Positions 63,176 to 64,000 of a stretch of DNA of 64,000 bases are shown here, one piece after another; position 1 is the first letter of the stretch, and each line of letters starts with the position of its first letter. The notes below the pieces were generated by a model. That model worked only from the letters and a program-made list of their open reading frames with translations, was not told the DNA's origin and made no database searches. The DNA is from Octopus sinensis. Lineage: Eukaryota. A program made the position numbers and the translations under genes. The stretch is taken from contig NC_043001.1 in the NCBI RefSeq assembly GCF_006345805.1, positions 310,001 through 374,000 of the forward strand, read 5' to 3'.

Positions 63176-63256
63176 GTATATATATGTATATGTATATATA
63201 TATGTATATGTATATCATCATCATCATCATCATCATCATCGTTATGTATATATATA

Positions 63257-63666
63257 TGTAACAGGATCTGTATCAATTTCACTGAAAGGGTGTCGATCCG
63301 ATCCCGTCACATACAATTTAGTAAGACATAACAGACGAAGTCAGGTATCGGTGAAAGACAGCAGTTTGTTTATTAATTGCGATGGCGTACGTATATCTGA
63401 TGGGAGAAGGACAGCCTCTGATGTACAGCTTCTTGTTCGTTTGTTGAAGTGGTTCGATGTCGTTGGCGGCTAAGTCGGTGAGGTTATCAGAGTCTACGAA
63501 ATGCACGTCTGTTCGCGTTGGCTGTCTGCCAGAGAGAGAGAATCGTGTTTAGCGGGCCTTCGGGGTCGTTTCCCGCACATGCGCATGGGGAAGACTTCCG
63601 GTGGCCACCCGGAAGTAGTCCCATTCTGCGCATGCGCGCCGAACCCTACACAGTAGCATCACTACA
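63257..63666 (-). mobile_element. 3' LTR (410 bp) of a Gypsy-type element
   Basis: Termini TGTA...TACA. On the - strand the PPT GAGGGGGAGTCC (63678-63667) immediately precedes TGTAGTG; AATAAA at ~63374-63369. The outer end abuts (TA)n. Confidence 0.85.
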
Positions 63667-64000
63667 GGACTCCCCCTCGAGTGCGAAAGTACGACAACAA
63701 GAAAATTTGTGGTGGTGCTGCAGAAAAACAGATGGCTTGCCGATCCCCCAGAAGACTTGGTACATAATATCATACAAAACAAGAAAAATTTGAAAGAAAG
63801 TTAAATATAGATTGTCTTTGAAAGTTTCTTGGGCCAATGCACTGTTCTGCCCGATCGTGTAACATACGGTGTGCTCGGGGCACCCGTTGACGGCGAGGGT
63901 GGTGTTGTAGGAGCCGGTGAAGGCAAAGGCGTCTGTGCAGGTGAAGGTGTTGTTAAAGGTGCATAGGTGGGTGTGTCAAGGTTGTCATCAAAAGATGAAG
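63667..64000 (-). mobile_element. Gypsy internal region: integrase C-terminal tail, continues beyond the window
   Basis: Open - frame to a stop at 63801: ...TPSPAQTPLPSPAPTTPPSPSTGAPSTPYVTRSGRTVHWPKKLSKTIYI*. The P/T-rich tail with TRSGR is typical of Gypsy pol ends. Confidence 0.8.

Overview
Repeat-dense, AT-rich eukaryotic DNA. The (TA)n/(CA)n microsatellite load and the SINE/RTE repeat types suggest a coleoid cephalopod, probably Octopus; this is inference and not database-checked. Positions 1-14.6 kb are a cluster of decayed retroelements: a near full-length RTE LINE, a 5'-truncated RTE, a Ty3/Gypsy pol, and a Tx1/L1-type LINE ending in (TC)n. Positions 14.86-39.7 kb hold 10 exons of one + strand gene encoding ankyrin repeats plus a RING finger (like the C-terminal half of Mind bomb, about 407 codons seen). 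It has a 1-nt frameshift in exon 2 and a His-to-Asp change in the RING. Its introns contain a HERO-like RLE fragment, a 4-kb polypurine tract, SINEs, MITE-like elements, a mariner and several fold-back palindromes. After a 100-N gap comes a ~22-kb, almost homogeneous 49-bp satellite (~450 units), and the window ends in a second Gypsy element (3' LTR, PPT and integrase tail on the - strand). The most striking observation is a set of minimal type-I hammerhead-ribozyme-like motifs in (TA)n-flanked, Penelope-like terminal repeats. One has an intact catalytic core and sits in an intron as one arm of a perfect 165-bp palindrome, directly next to its own antisense copy. No prokaryotic features, CRISPR, rRNA or true tRNA genes were seen. 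All calls were made by eye.
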